Below, piece after piece: positions 18,434 to 27,312 of a DNA stretch of 64,000 nucleotides (positions are counted from its first letter, which is position 1; every line of letters starts with the position of its first letter). The stretch lies in NCBI GenBank assembly GCA_017459965.1, contig JAFUBW010000002.1, positions 748 to 64,747 on the forward strand, read 5' to 3'. The position numbers were made by a program, and so were the translations under genes. The notes below the pieces were generated by a model. The model did not search any database, was not told the origin of the DNA, and saw only the letters and a program-made list of their open reading frames with translations. The stretch is from Bacilli bacterium (GTDB lineage Bacteria > Bacillota_I > Bacilli_A > RF39 > UBA660).

Positions 18434-18877
18434 ATGAATAATTATATTATTAATTCAAATACAGTTGCACTTATTCCAATTAAAAATAAAATAACACGTG
18501 TTATTGAATTAGAATCATCATTTTTAGTAAATGAAAATTCCATGAAAATTATTGAAAATAGTTGTGAATATTTTGGAAGTTCTTATTTAGGTAGACATAA
18601 AGGTACTAAAAATTTAACTGGTATTAATTATAAATCTCCTATAATAATTGAAGAAACTAAAAATATTATATTTTTTCCAACAAATTCTCCAAGAGATAAT
18701 AATTGTAGTTGGATATCTTTAAATTATATAAATAAATATATTAATAAAAATGGAAAAATAGAAGTAATTTTTGAAAATGGTGATAAATATGTTTTTGATA
18801 TATCATTTGGATCATTTGATAATCAATATTTACGTGCAACTAAGCTTGAATCAATACTTAGAAAAAGAAAAATATAA
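18434..18877 (+). CDS. comK: ComK-family competence transcription factor
   Basis: It aligns along its length with B. subtilis ComK as recalled: SCEYFGSSYLGRHKGT vs SCRFFGSSYAGRKAGT, SPIIIEETKNIIFFPT..CSWIS vs PPIMVDPSNQIFLFPT..CGWIS, and ISFGSFDNQYLRA vs ISYNSFENQVYRTA. The SD is AAAGGGGG. Confidence 0.85.
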   Translation: MNNYIINSNTVALIPIKNKITRVIELESSFLVNENSMKIIENSCEYFGSSYLGRHKGTKNLTGINYKSPIIIEETKNIIFFPTNSPRDNNCSWISLNYINKYINKNGKIEVIFENGDKYVFDISFGSFDNQYLRATKLESILRKRKI

Positions 18878-19001
18878 TTTTTTCTTTTTTTTATACAAAA
18901 AGCCACAAAAATACCTTATTTTGTGATATAATATATTTGTGTGTATAGGAGCATTATAAATAGTTAAAAGGTGAAAATATGGGTAAAAAAATAGGTTTAA
19001 A

Positions 19002-20102
19002 TTGTTTTTAAGTGAAATAAATTTACAAAATTTTAGAAATTATTCTAAATTAAAACTTAAATTTAAAAAAAATATCAATATTTTCATAGGAAATAATGCT
19101 CAAGGTAAAACAAATATATTAGAAAGTATTTATTTTTTATCTATAACTAAGTCACATAGAACAACTAAAGAAAACTTTCTTATTAAAGATAATGAAGTTA
19201 TGACAAAAGTAACAGGTAAAGTAAAAAATGAATCAATATCTAAAAAATATGAAGTAATGTTAAATACTAATGGAAAAAGAGTTAGTATAAATGATAATCC
19301 TATTAAAAAAATAAGTGATTATTTATCAAATATTAATGTAGTTATGTTTTGTCCAGATGATTTAGAAATTATTAAAGGTACACCACATAATAGAAGATAT
19401 TTTTTAAATATTGAAATTGGTCAACTATATAATGATTATTTAAAGCATATTTATAATTATAATAAAATATTAAAATCAAGAAATGATTATTTAAAAAATA
19501 ATAATTATTTTGATAAAGTATATTTTGATGTACTTACAGAATCATTAATAAAAGAAAATATTAAAATTATAAAGTATAGATATAATTATATAGAACTAAT
19601 AAATAAATATATAACTAATATATATAAAGATTTAACTAAAAAAGATAATATTTATCTTAAATATGAAACATTTATAGATGTTGATGAAGAAGATATTATG
19701 TATAAAAAAATAAAAGAAAAATATAATAAGTCATTTGAAAATGAGTTATTTCAAAAAGTAACATTATATGGTGCACACAAAGATGATTTTTCAGTATATA
19801 TTGATGATATTAAAATAAATAATTATGGTTCACAAGGTCAACATAGAATAGCAATTTTATCTATAAAATTAGCTGAAGTTGAAATATTTAAAAATATAAA
19901 AGAAGTAAAACCAATACTTTTACTTGATGATATATTTAGTGAACTTGATAAGAATAAAAAAAATAATATTATCAAATATATAAATAATGATTTACAAGTA
20001 TTTATAACTTCTACTGATTTAAAAAATGTTAGTAGAAAATTATTAAAAAATGCAGATATTTATAAAGTAGAAACAGCAAAAGTAGTAAGGGAGGCAAAAT
20101 AA
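19002..20102 (+). CDS. recF: DNA replication/repair protein RecF
   Basis: A TTG start gives [14 protein letters not shown], the same 14-residue spacing as Bacillus MYIQNLELTSYRNY. Walker [10 protein letters not shown] is present, and a signature motif plus LLLDD lie near the C-terminus. Confidence 0.9.
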   Translation: MFLSEINLQNFRNYSKLKLKFKKNINIFIGNNAQGKTNILESIYFLSITKSHRTTKENFLIKDNEVMTKVTGKVKNESISKKYEVMLNTNGKRVSINDNPIKKISDYLSNINVVMFCPDDLEIIKGTPHNRRYFLNIEIGQLYNDYLKHIYNYNKILKSRNDYLKNNNYFDKVYFDVLTESLIKENIKIIKYRYNYIELINKYITNIYKDLTKKDNIYLKYETFIDVDEEDIMYKKIKEKYNKSFENELFQKVTLYGAHKDDFSVYIDDIKINNYGSQGQHRIAILSIKLAEVEIFKNIKEVKPILLLDDIFSELDKNKKNNIIKYINNDLQVFITSTDLKNVSRKLLKNADIYKVETAKVVREAK

Positions 20103-20103
20103 A

Positions 20104-22029
20104 ATGAATGAAAATTATGACGCTTCTGCAATACAAGTATTAGAGGGACTTGAAGCAGTAAGAAAAAGACCAGGTATGTATATAGGTACAACAGATGTTA
20201 AAGGACTTCATCATTTAGTATGGGAAATTGTAGATAATTCAATTGATGAAGCACTTGCTGGTTTTTGTAATAATATTGAAATTATTATTAATAAAGATAA
20301 TTCAATAACAGTAAAAGATGATGGAAGAGGTATACCAGTAGGTATTCATAAAAAAACAGGAATATCTACAGTAGAAACAGTTTATACAGTACTTCATGCA
20401 GGTGGTAAATTTGGTGGAGGAGGCTATAAAGTTTCTGGTGGTCTTCATGGTGTAGGTGCTTCTGTAGTAAATGCATTATCATCTTGGGTAAATGTTAAAG
20501 TATATAAAGATGGAAAAATATATGAAGCTAAATTTCATAATGGTGGAAAAACTAAGCAACCACTTACTATAATTGGTGATTGTGATAAAAATAGAACTGG
20601 TACAACTGTAACATTTAAGCCAGATCCTGACATATTTGATACAGATATATATGATTATAATACTTTAAGAGTAAGAACAAGAGAACTTGCTTTCTTAAAT
20701 AAAGGTCTTAAACTTACTTTAAGAGATGATAGAGATGATGAAGATACAACAGGTGAAAGTTTCCATTATGAAGGTGGTATTAGTGAATATGTTAAGTATT
20801 TAAATAAAAATAAAACACCAATACATGAAGAAATAATTCATTTAGATGGAGAAGCTGATGGTGTTATGTTTGAAGTAGCTATGCAATATAATTCAGGATA
20901 TTCTGATAGTATTTATTCATTTGTTAATAATATTAATACTCATGATGGTGGTACACATGAAGAGGGTGTAAGAAGAGCCTTAACAAGAGTTATTAATAAT
21001 TATGCTAAAAAGAATAATATTTTAAAAGAAAAAGATGAATCTTTAACAGGTGATGATGTCAAAGAAGGTCTTACAATGATTATATCTTGTAAACATCCAA
21101 ATCCACAATTTGAAGGACAAACAAAAGGGAGATTAGGTAATTCAGAAGTAAGAAAACTAGCTGATAATGTATTTTCACAAGGTTTTGAAAGATTTTTACT
21201 TGAAAATCCAGATGCCGCAAGAATTATTGTGGAAAAGGCAATGACAGCATCTAGAGCTAGAGTTGCAGCTAAAAAAGCAAGAGAACTTACTAGAAGAAAA
21301 AGTGATTTAGATGTAGTAAATTTTGGTGGAAAATTAGAAGATTGTAAGGAAAAAGATCCTTCAGTATGTGAAATATTTATAGTCGAAGGAGATTCAGCTG
21401 GAGGATCTGCTGTTAAGGGTAGAGATTCAATGCATCAAGCAATACTTCCACTAAGAGGTAAAATATTAAATGTAGAAAAAGCCAGAATGGATAGAGCTTT
21501 ATCAAATGAAGAAATTAGAACAATTATAACTGCATTTGGAACAGGAATTGGTCAAGAATTTGATTTAAGTAAACTTAGATATAATAAAATTATTATAATG
21601 ACTGATGCGGATGTAGATGGCTCACATATTAGAGTATTATTATTAACATTATTCTATAGATTCTTTAGACCAATAGTAGAAGCAGGACATGTATATGCAG
21701 CTCAACCTCCTTTATTTAGTATAAAACATGGAAAAACAATTAAATATGTATTAAATGAAGAAGAAAGGGATAAATATGTCGCAATTTTAAAACAAAAAAA
21801 TCCAGTACCTAAATATGAAATTAAACGAATGAAAGGTTTAGGTGAAATGGATGATGATGAACTATTTGATACAACAATGGATATTAATAATAGAGTACTT
21901 AGAAAAATAACTGTTGAAGATGCAATTGAAGCAGATGCAGCATTCTCTAAATTAATGGGTGAAGATGTTGAACCAAGAAGAGAATTTATTGAACAAAATG
22001 CTGTATATGCAACTAATTTGGATGTATAG
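20104..22029 (+). CDS. gyrB: DNA gyrase subunit B
   Basis: GHKL ATPase ([24 protein letters not shown]), Toprim (EGDSAGG) and the [12 protein letters not shown] motif. Confidence 0.97.
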   Translation: MNENYDASAIQVLEGLEAVRKRPGMYIGTTDVKGLHHLVWEIVDNSIDEALAGFCNNIEIIINKDNSITVKDDGRGIPVGIHKKTGISTVETVYTVLHAGGKFGGGGYKVSGGLHGVGASVVNALSSWVNVKVYKDGKIYEAKFHNGGKTKQPLTIIGDCDKNRTGTTVTFKPDPDIFDTDIYDYNTLRVRTRELAFLNKGLKLTLRDDRDDEDTTGESFHYEGGISEYVKYLNKNKTPIHEEIIHLDGEADGVMFEVAMQYNSGYSDSIYSFVNNINTHDGGTHEEGVRRALTRVINNYAKKNNILKEKDESLTGDDVKEGLTMIISCKHPNPQFEGQTKGRLGNSEVRKLADNVFSQGFERFLLENPDAARIIVEKAMTASRARVAAKKARELTRRKSDLDVVNFGGKLEDCKEKDPSVCEIFIVEGDSAGGSAVKGRDSMHQAILPLRGKILNVEKARMDRALSNEEIRTIITAFGTGIGQEFDLSKLRYNKIIIMTDADVDGSHIRVLLLTLFYRFFRPIVEAGHVYAAQPPLFSIKHGKTIKYVLNEEERDKYVAILKQKNPVPKYEIKRMKGLGEMDDDELFDTTMDINNRVLRKITVEDAIEADAAFSKLMGEDVEPRREFIEQNAVYATNLDV

Positions 22030-22041
22030 GAGGGTTAAAAA

Positions 22042-24492
22042 ATGGATCATAGTAGAGATAGATTAGAAGAAAATAACATAGTTAATGAAATAGAAACATC
22101 ATTTCTAGAGTATTCAATGAGTGTAATTGTAGCCCGTGCACTTCCAGATTTAAGAGATGGATTAAAACCAGTTCATAGAAGAATTTTATGGTCAATGTAT
22201 GAATCAGGATATATGCCTGATAAACCTCATAGAAAATCGGCAAGAATTGTCGGTGATGTAATGGGTAAATATCATCCACATGGAGATTCTTCAATATATG
22301 AAGCAATGGTTAGAATGGCACAAGATTTCTCATATAGAAACATGCTTGTAGATGGACATGGTAACTTTGGTAATATAGCAGGTAGTGGTGCAGCTGCAAT
22401 GCGTTATACAGAATCTAGACTTTCTAAGATTTCTCTTGAATTATTAAGAGATATAAATAAAGAAACAGTTGATTTTGTTGATAACTTTGATGAAACAGAA
22501 CATGAACCAACAATTTTACCATCTAGATTTCCTAATATATTGGTAAATGGAACTATGGGTATTGCTGTTGGTATGGCAACAAATATACCTCCTCATAATT
22601 TAGGTGAAGTTATTGATGGTTGTATTGCATATATAGATAATCCTGATATTGATACAGATGGTCTTATGAAATATGTTAAAGGACCAGATTTTCCAACAGG
22701 AGGGGTAATACTAGGTAATAGTGGAATTAAGAAAGCATATGAAACTGGTAGAGGTACAATTACTATTAGAAGTAGAGCTAGTATTGAAGAAAATAATGGA
22801 AAACATCAAATAATAGTAACTGAAGTTCCATATGGAGTAAATGTATCGGATTTAAAAAATAAAGTTGCTGAACTTGTCCACAATAAAACTATTGATGGAA
22901 TAGCAGATTATCACACAGATTTAAAAAATGGTGTAAAAATAACTATAACACTAAAAAAAGATGCGAATGCACAAGTTGTTTTAAATAATTTATATAAACA
23001 TACAGCTTTTCAAACAAATTATGGAATAATATTTTTAATGCTTGATCAAGGTGTACCAAAAACATTAGGTCTAAAAGATATTATTTCTAAATATATTGAT
23101 TATCAAAAAGAAATTATTATTAGAAGATGTAAATTTGAACTTGATAAAGCAGAAAAAAGAGTACATATTTTAGAAGGTTTAAAGATTGCACTTGATCATT
23201 TAGATGAAGTAATAAAATTAATTCGTGCTTCTAAGACTGATGAAGAAGCTAAAAATGGATTAATGAGTAAATTTGGTTTAACTGATATACAGGCAGATGC
23301 AATTCTTGAAATGAAGTTAAGAAGACTTACAGGATTAGAAAGAGAAAAAGTAGAAAATGAATTAAAAGAATTACTTGCAAGAATAGCAGAATTAAAAGCA
23401 ATACTTGCTTCTGAAGAAAGAATTCTTGGAATAATTAAAACAGAACTTCAAGAAATTAAAGATAAATATTCAGATGAAAGAAGAACTAGTATTGATATGA
23501 CAGCTATTGATTATATAGAAGATGAATCATTAATACCAGTTGAAGATATAATAATAACATTAACAAATAAAGGATATATTAAGAGACTTACTACAGACAC
23601 ATATAGAGTTCAAAATAAAGGTGGAGTAGGAGTTAAAGGAATGTCTACAAATGAAGAGGATTTTGTTGAAAAAATGGTAACAGTAAAAACTCATGATTAT
23701 ATTCTATTCTTCTCAAACAGAGGAAAAGTATATAGAATTAAAGGTTATGAAATACCAGAATTTTCAAGACAGGCAAAAGGACTTCCAATTATTAATTTAC
23801 TTCCACTTGAAAAAGAAGAAAAAATTAACTCTATTTTAAGTATTTCAAAAGATGATGAGGATAAATTTATTACATTTGTTACTAAAAATGGTTTAGTAAA
23901 AAGAACAAATGCAGAAGAATTTGATAGTATTAGAAAAAGTGGTAAGATAGCAATTACATTAAAAGAAAATGATGAATTATTATTTGTTACAAAAACAAAT
24001 GGAAATAATGAAATAGTAATAGGTGCATCTAACGGAAGACTAGTTAGATTTAATGAAGCTGAAATAAGAATAATGGGAAGAACTGCAAGTGGTGTTAAAG
24101 GTATTGATATACCAGAAGATATAATATGTGTTAGTTCAGAAAAAGTTGATGAAAATAGTGATATATTAATTATTACAGAAAATGGTTATGGGAAAAGAAC
24201 ATCTATTGATGAATATAGATTGACTCATAGAGGTAGTAAAGGTGTTAAAGCACTTAATATAACAGAAAAAAATGGTAATTTAGTGGCTATTAAAAATGTT
24301 AGAGATGAAGATGATTTAATGATTATAACTGATAGTGGTATAATTATTAAAATACCTATGAGTCAAGTATCTAAAATGAGTAGAGTTACACAAGGTATAA
24401 GATTAATTCATTTAAAAGATGATCAAAAAGTAACAACAATTGCAACTTCTGAAAAAGAAGATGAAGTTATAGAAGAAGTTATTGAAGAATAA
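22042..24492 (+). CDS. gyrA: DNA gyrase subunit A
   Basis: The active-site region AAMRYTE and the [17 protein letters not shown] are present. C-terminal beta-pinwheel repeats and an acidic tail follow. Confidence 0.97.
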   Translation: MDHSRDRLEENNIVNEIETSFLEYSMSVIVARALPDLRDGLKPVHRRILWSMYESGYMPDKPHRKSARIVGDVMGKYHPHGDSSIYEAMVRMAQDFSYRNMLVDGHGNFGNIAGSGAAAMRYTESRLSKISLELLRDINKETVDFVDNFDETEHEPTILPSRFPNILVNGTMGIAVGMATNIPPHNLGEVIDGCIAYIDNPDIDTDGLMKYVKGPDFPTGGVILGNSGIKKAYETGRGTITIRSRASIEENNGKHQIIVTEVPYGVNVSDLKNKVAELVHNKTIDGIADYHTDLKNGVKITITLKKDANAQVVLNNLYKHTAFQTNYGIIFLMLDQGVPKTLGLKDIISKYIDYQKEIIIRRCKFELDKAEKRVHILEGLKIALDHLDEVIKLIRASKTDEEAKNGLMSKFGLTDIQADAILEMKLRRLTGLEREKVENELKELLARIAELKAILASEERILGIIKTELQEIKDKYSDERRTSIDMTAIDYIEDESLIPVEDIIITLTNKGYIKRLTTDTYRVQNKGGVGVKGMSTNEEDFVEKMVTVKTHDYILFFSNRGKVYRIKGYEIPEFSRQAKGLPIINLLPLEKEEKINSILSISKDDEDKFITFVTKNGLVKRTNAEEFDSIRKSGKIAITLKENDELLFVTKTNGNNEIVIGASNGRLVRFNEAEIRIMGRTASGVKGIDIPEDIICVSSEKVDENSDILIITENGYGKRTSIDEYRLTHRGSKGVKALNITEKNGNLVAIKNVRDEDDLMIITDSGIIIKIPMSQVSKMSRVTQGIRLIHLKDDQKVTTIATSEKEDEVIEEVIEE

Positions 24493-24507
24493 TTCAATAA
24501 CTTTTTT
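24478..24507 (+). terminator. gyrA terminator 1
   Basis: GTTATTGAA/TTCAATAAC perfect 9-bp stem spanning the gyrA stop codon, followed by TTTTTT. Confidence 0.7.
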
Positions 24508-24533
24508 ATTAAATATAAATACGAACAAAATAC

Positions 24534-24574
24534 GAACAAAATATTTCCCGGGAAATAATTTGTTCACTTTTTTA
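24534..24574 (+). terminator. gyrA terminator 2 (32-bp near-perfect palindrome + T-run) carrying the NBS
   Basis: GAACAAAATATTTCCC|GGGAAATAATTTGTTC has one mismatch and is followed by ACTTTTTT. Confidence 0.65.
24543..24556. promoter_or_regulatory. Noc-binding site (NBS), perfect consensus
   Basis: ATTTCCCGGGAAAT matches exactly the 14-bp palindromic NBS consensus described for B. subtilis Noc. It is the only CCCGGG in the window. Confidence 0.7.
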
Positions 24575-24637
24575 TAAAAAATAACATTTTTATAAAGAAT
24601 TTTATTATATTATAATAATATAAAATAAATTAATTAA

Positions 24638-24653
24638 TGTTTCACGTGAAACA
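24638..24653. promoter_or_regulatory. parS site 1 (perfect symmetric consensus)
   Basis: TGTTTCACGTGAAACA. The palindrome extends to 20 bp (AATG...CATT). It lies 11 bp upstream of the ffs -35 element. Confidence 0.85.
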
Positions 24654-24664
24654 TTGAATAAAAT

Positions 24665-24693
24665 TGACTTATTTAAAAATAAATAGTATATTA
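24665..24693 (+). promoter_or_regulatory. ffs promoter
   Basis: TTGACT, 17-nt spacer, TATATT. The predicted transcription start is about 24699, at the first base of the SRP RNA terminal stem. Confidence 0.6.
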
Positions 24694-24698
24694 TAAAT

Positions 24699-24774
24699 GC
24701 ACAACGGAAATATTGGAACCAGGTCAGGATAGAAATATAGCAGCCTTAACAATTAATTTTCGTGTGTGCTTTTT
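24699..24774 (+). ncRNA. ffs: Small (4.5S-type) SRP RNA
   Basis: CCAGGUCAGGAUA-GAAA-UAUAGCAGCC reproduces the helix 8 motif of E. coli 4.5S RNA (CCAGGUCAGGUCC-GGAA-GGAAGCAGCC), with a GNRA tetraloop and the CAGG/AGCA loop. The terminal stem pairs GCACA..CGGAAA with UUUUCG..UGUGC, followed by a U-run. Confidence 0.85.
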
Positions 24775-24792
24775 CTTTTTTTGGAGGGTAAA

Positions 24793-25200
24793 ATGAATAT
24801 AGATTCGATTGAAAAAGAATTAAATAAATTAATTAATAAAGCTATTAAACATGATGAAGTTCCAGTTGCAGCTTTAATTATAAAAGATAATAAAATAATA
24901 TCTAAATCTTATAATAAAGTGAATAAAACAAATAATATTTTAGATCATGCAGAAATAATTTCAATAATAAAAGCGCAAAAAAAATTAAATAATTGGAGAT
25001 TAAATAATTGTGATTTATATGTTACATTAGAACCTTGTTCAATGTGCAAAGAAATTATTAAAAAATCAAGAATTAATAATGTTTATTATTTTATAAAACA
25101 AAATAATAATAGAACTGAATTAGATGTAAATTATAAATATTTATTTAAAAATGATAATTTTTCAAATAAATTAACAAATTTTTTTAAAAATAAAAGATAG
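24793..25200 (+). CDS. tadA: tRNA-specific adenosine(34) deaminase
   Basis: Zinc motifs HAE (LDHAEII) and PCxxC (EPCSMCKE). The start is ATG 24793 after GGAGGG. The tracked start at 24766 would overlap the SRP RNA. Confidence 0.88.
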   Translation: MNIDSIEKELNKLINKAIKHDEVPVAALIIKDNKIISKSYNKVNKTNNILDHAEIISIIKAQKKLNNWRLNNCDLYVTLEPCSMCKEIIKKSRINNVYYFIKQNNNRTELDVNYKYLFKNDNFSNKLTNFFKNKR

Positions 25201-25205
25201 TTGAA

Positions 25206-25221
25206 TGTTTCACGTGAAACA
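25206..25221. promoter_or_regulatory. parS site 2
   Basis: TGTTTCACGTGAAACA inside the 26-bp perfect palindrome TTGAATG...CATTCAA (25201-25226), which begins 1 nt after the tadA stop codon. Confidence 0.85.
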
Positions 25222-25271
25222 TTCAATTAAAAAATAAAAAAACATATGTTATTTTATTAAAAATCTATCAA

Positions 25272-25287
25272 TGTTTCACGTGAAACA
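25272..25287. promoter_or_regulatory. parS site 3
   Basis: TGTTTCACGTGAAACA inside the 28-bp perfect palindrome TATCAATG...CATTGATA (25266-25293). Confidence 0.85.
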
Positions 25288-25319
25288 TTGATAATAAAAT
25301 ATGATGAAATAAAAAGTAA

Positions 25320-25335
25320 TGTTTCACGTGAAACA
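25320..25335. promoter_or_regulatory. parS site 4
   Basis: TGTTTCACGTGAAACA inside the 28-bp perfect palindrome AAGTAATG...CATTACTT (25314-25341), followed by ATTTTTT. Confidence 0.85.
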
Positions 25336-25356
25336 TTACTTATTTTTTATTATTTA

Positions 25357-25365
25357 TGATATAAT
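25357..25365 (+). promoter_or_regulatory. dnaX extended -10 promoter element
   Basis: TGATATAAT lies 17 nt upstream of the dnaX ATG region. The -35 position falls in the right arm of the parS-4 palindrome. Confidence 0.5.
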
Positions 25366-25381
25366 TAATTCGGAGGTCAAT

Positions 25382-27016
25382 ATGGAATATCAAGCATTAT
25401 ATAGAAAATATAGACCAAAAACATTTGATGATGTATATGGTCAAAAAATAATAGTACAAACATTAAAAAATATTATAAAAAATAATAAATTAACGCATGC
25501 TTACTTATTTATTGGACCTCGTGGTACAGGTAAAACAAGCATAGCTAAAATTTTTGCTAAAACAATTAATTGTCTTAATTCAAATGATGGAATATCATGT
25601 GAAAAATGTGATATTTGTACTAATATAAATAATAATGAAAATATAGACATAATTGAAATGGATGCGGCATCAAATAATGGTGTCGATGAAATTCGTGAAA
25701 TTAAAAATCATGTTACTTTATTACCAACTGTATCTAAATATAAAGTATATATTATCGACGAAGTACATATGCTTACAACAGGTGCTTTTAATGCACTTCT
25801 TAAAACATTAGAAGAACCACCTAAGCATGTAATATTTATTTTGGCAACAACAGAACCACATAAAATACCCTTAACAATAATATCTAGATGTCAATCTTTT
25901 GAATTTAAACCAATACCTAAAAACATAATAAAAGAAAGATTAAATTATATTTGTAAAAAAGAAAAAATTAAAATTGATGATAAATCATTAGATTTAATTG
26001 CAATCGATTCAAATGGTGGTTTAAGAGATGCAATTAGTATGTTGGATCAATTAAATGCTTATTCAAATGGTAATATTCAATTTGAAAATGTATTATTATT
26101 AAATGGAAGAGTTTCCGATGATGACTTATTAGAAATAATTAATAATATATATGATTGTAATTTAAATGATGTATTTAAAATAATTGATAAAATAGATAAT
26201 GATGGTAAAAATTTTGTTTATATATCAGAAGATATGATAAAAATATTACGAAATGAATTATTAAATTATCAATTAAATAATTCATCAAAATTAATAAAAA
26301 AAATAACAAAAGAAAAAATACTGGATATAATTTTATTAATAAATAGGTCAATAAATGATATGAAAAATTCAAATGATAAAAGAATTTTCTTTGATATACT
26401 TATTTTAAAAATATATGAAATCATAAATAATAACAACAAACAAACAAATGTTCTATTAAAAAATGAAATATCTACTGGAAATAAAGATGATATAACAAAA
26501 AAAATACCTGTTGATAACTTAAAAAATGATAAAAAAGAAAATAATATAGATTTTTCTTTATATGATGATTTAATGAATATAAGATTAAATAATATATTAG
26601 CAACTGCAAGTAAGAAAGATTTAGTTGATTATAAAGAAAAATTAAATTCTATTGATATGGAAATTATTAATTTAGATCAGTTAAGAATAGCTAATATATT
26701 AAATGATTTTGATATAAAAGCAGCTTCTTCATCAGGTATAGTTTTAACTACTTCATCTGATAATTTAATTCATGATATTTATAATGAATTAATTAATGTT
26801 GATAAATACATAACTGATATATTAAAAAGAGATATTAAAGTTTGTGTTATATTAATAGATGAATGGAATAAAAAAAGAGAAGTATATATTAAAAAAATAA
26901 AGAATAAAGAAAAAATAGAAATATTAGAAGAAAAAGAAATTTTAGATAAAATAATAAATAAATTTAGTAATAAATCTAATGAATTTGATGATTTATTAGA
27001 AATAGGAGGAGAATAA
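25382..27016 (+). CDS. dnaX: DNA polymerase III subunit gamma/tau
   Basis: The start MEYQALYRKYRPKTF follows GGAGGT. Walker A GPRGTGKTS, the zinc module CxxC..C, and SRCQ are present. The tracked start at 25319 (MFHVKH) is simply the translation of parS-4. Confidence 0.93.
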   Translation: MEYQALYRKYRPKTFDDVYGQKIIVQTLKNIIKNNKLTHAYLFIGPRGTGKTSIAKIFAKTINCLNSNDGISCEKCDICTNINNNENIDIIEMDAASNNGVDEIREIKNHVTLLPTVSKYKVYIIDEVHMLTTGAFNALLKTLEEPPKHVIFILATTEPHKIPLTIISRCQSFEFKPIPKNIIKERLNYICKKEKIKIDDKSLDLIAIDSNGGLRDAISMLDQLNAYSNGNIQFENVLLLNGRVSDDDLLEIINNIYDCNLNDVFKIIDKIDNDGKNFVYISEDMIKILRNELLNYQLNNSSKLIKKITKEKILDIILLINRSINDMKNSNDKRIFFDILILKIYEIINNNNKQTNVLLKNEISTGNKDDITKKIPVDNLKNDKKENNIDFSLYDDLMNIRLNNILATASKKDLVDYKEKLNSIDMEIINLDQLRIANILNDFDIKAASSSGIVLTTSSDNLIHDIYNELINVDKYITDILKRDIKVCVILIDEWNKKREVYIKKIKNKEKIEILEEKEILDKIINKFSNKSNEFDDLLEIGGE

Positions 27017-27018
27017 TT

Positions 27019-27312
27019 ATGAATATGCAAATGTTAATGAAACAAGCACAAAAAATGCAAAAAGATATGGAAAAATCAAAAGAAGAAGTTGCAAAAATGA
27101 CTTTTATAGGTAAGCAACCTCTTGTAGAAGTTACTGTTAATGGAAATAAAGAAGTCACAAATATAAAAATAAATGAGGAAATTTCATCAGATGATATTGA
27201 AGTATTACAAGACATGATTTTATTAGCTACTAATGATGCCTTAAAACAAGCATCAAAAGCAATGGAAGATAAAATGGGTAATTTATCTTCAGGACTTGCA
27301 GGATTATTTTAA
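27019..27312 (+). CDS. ybaB: YbaB/EbfC nucleoid-associated protein
   Basis: 97 aa starting MNMQMLMKQAQKMQKDM, with the conserved position between dnaX and recR. Confidence 0.9.
   Translation: MNMQMLMKQAQKMQKDMEKSKEEVAKMTFIGKQPLVEVTVNGNKEVTNIKINEEISSDDIEVLQDMILLATNDALKQASKAMEDKMGNLSSGLAGLF

Noticed and set aside
18490-18505. 16-bp perfect palindrome AATAACACGTGTTATT with a CACGTG core inside comK
   Set aside because: It shares only the central CACGTG with parS, and the arms (AATAA) do not match TGTTT. It is most likely a chance palindrome in AT-rich coding sequence.
18985-18991. Programmed -1 frameshift on the A7 run that would fuse the mini-ORF to recF
   Set aside because: The TTG start at 19002 already yields the canonical RecF N-terminal spacing (14 residues to ..FRNY). 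No downstream stimulatory structure is seen. The coupling idea is kept as a low-interest finding instead.
24518-24539. Tandem direct repeat AATACGAACAA x2 after gyrA (also contains CGAAC, reminiscent of a LexA half-site)
   Set aside because: There are only two units with no spacers, so it is not a CRISPR or satellite array. There is no CGAAC-N4-GTTCG Cheo box. The second unit is simply the left arm of the NBS palindrome.
24766-24792. Tracked tadA start (MLFLFLEGK...)
   Set aside because: It would begin inside the 3' stem and U-run of the SRP RNA. ATG 24793 has a GGAGGG SD and gives a normal TadA N-terminus.
25319-25381. N-terminal extension MFHVKHYLFFIIYDIINSEVN on the dnaX ORF
   Set aside because: ATGTTTCACGTGAAACAT is parS-4 read as codons. 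The real start is ATG 25382 (MEYQALYRKYRP), which has a GGAGGT SD.
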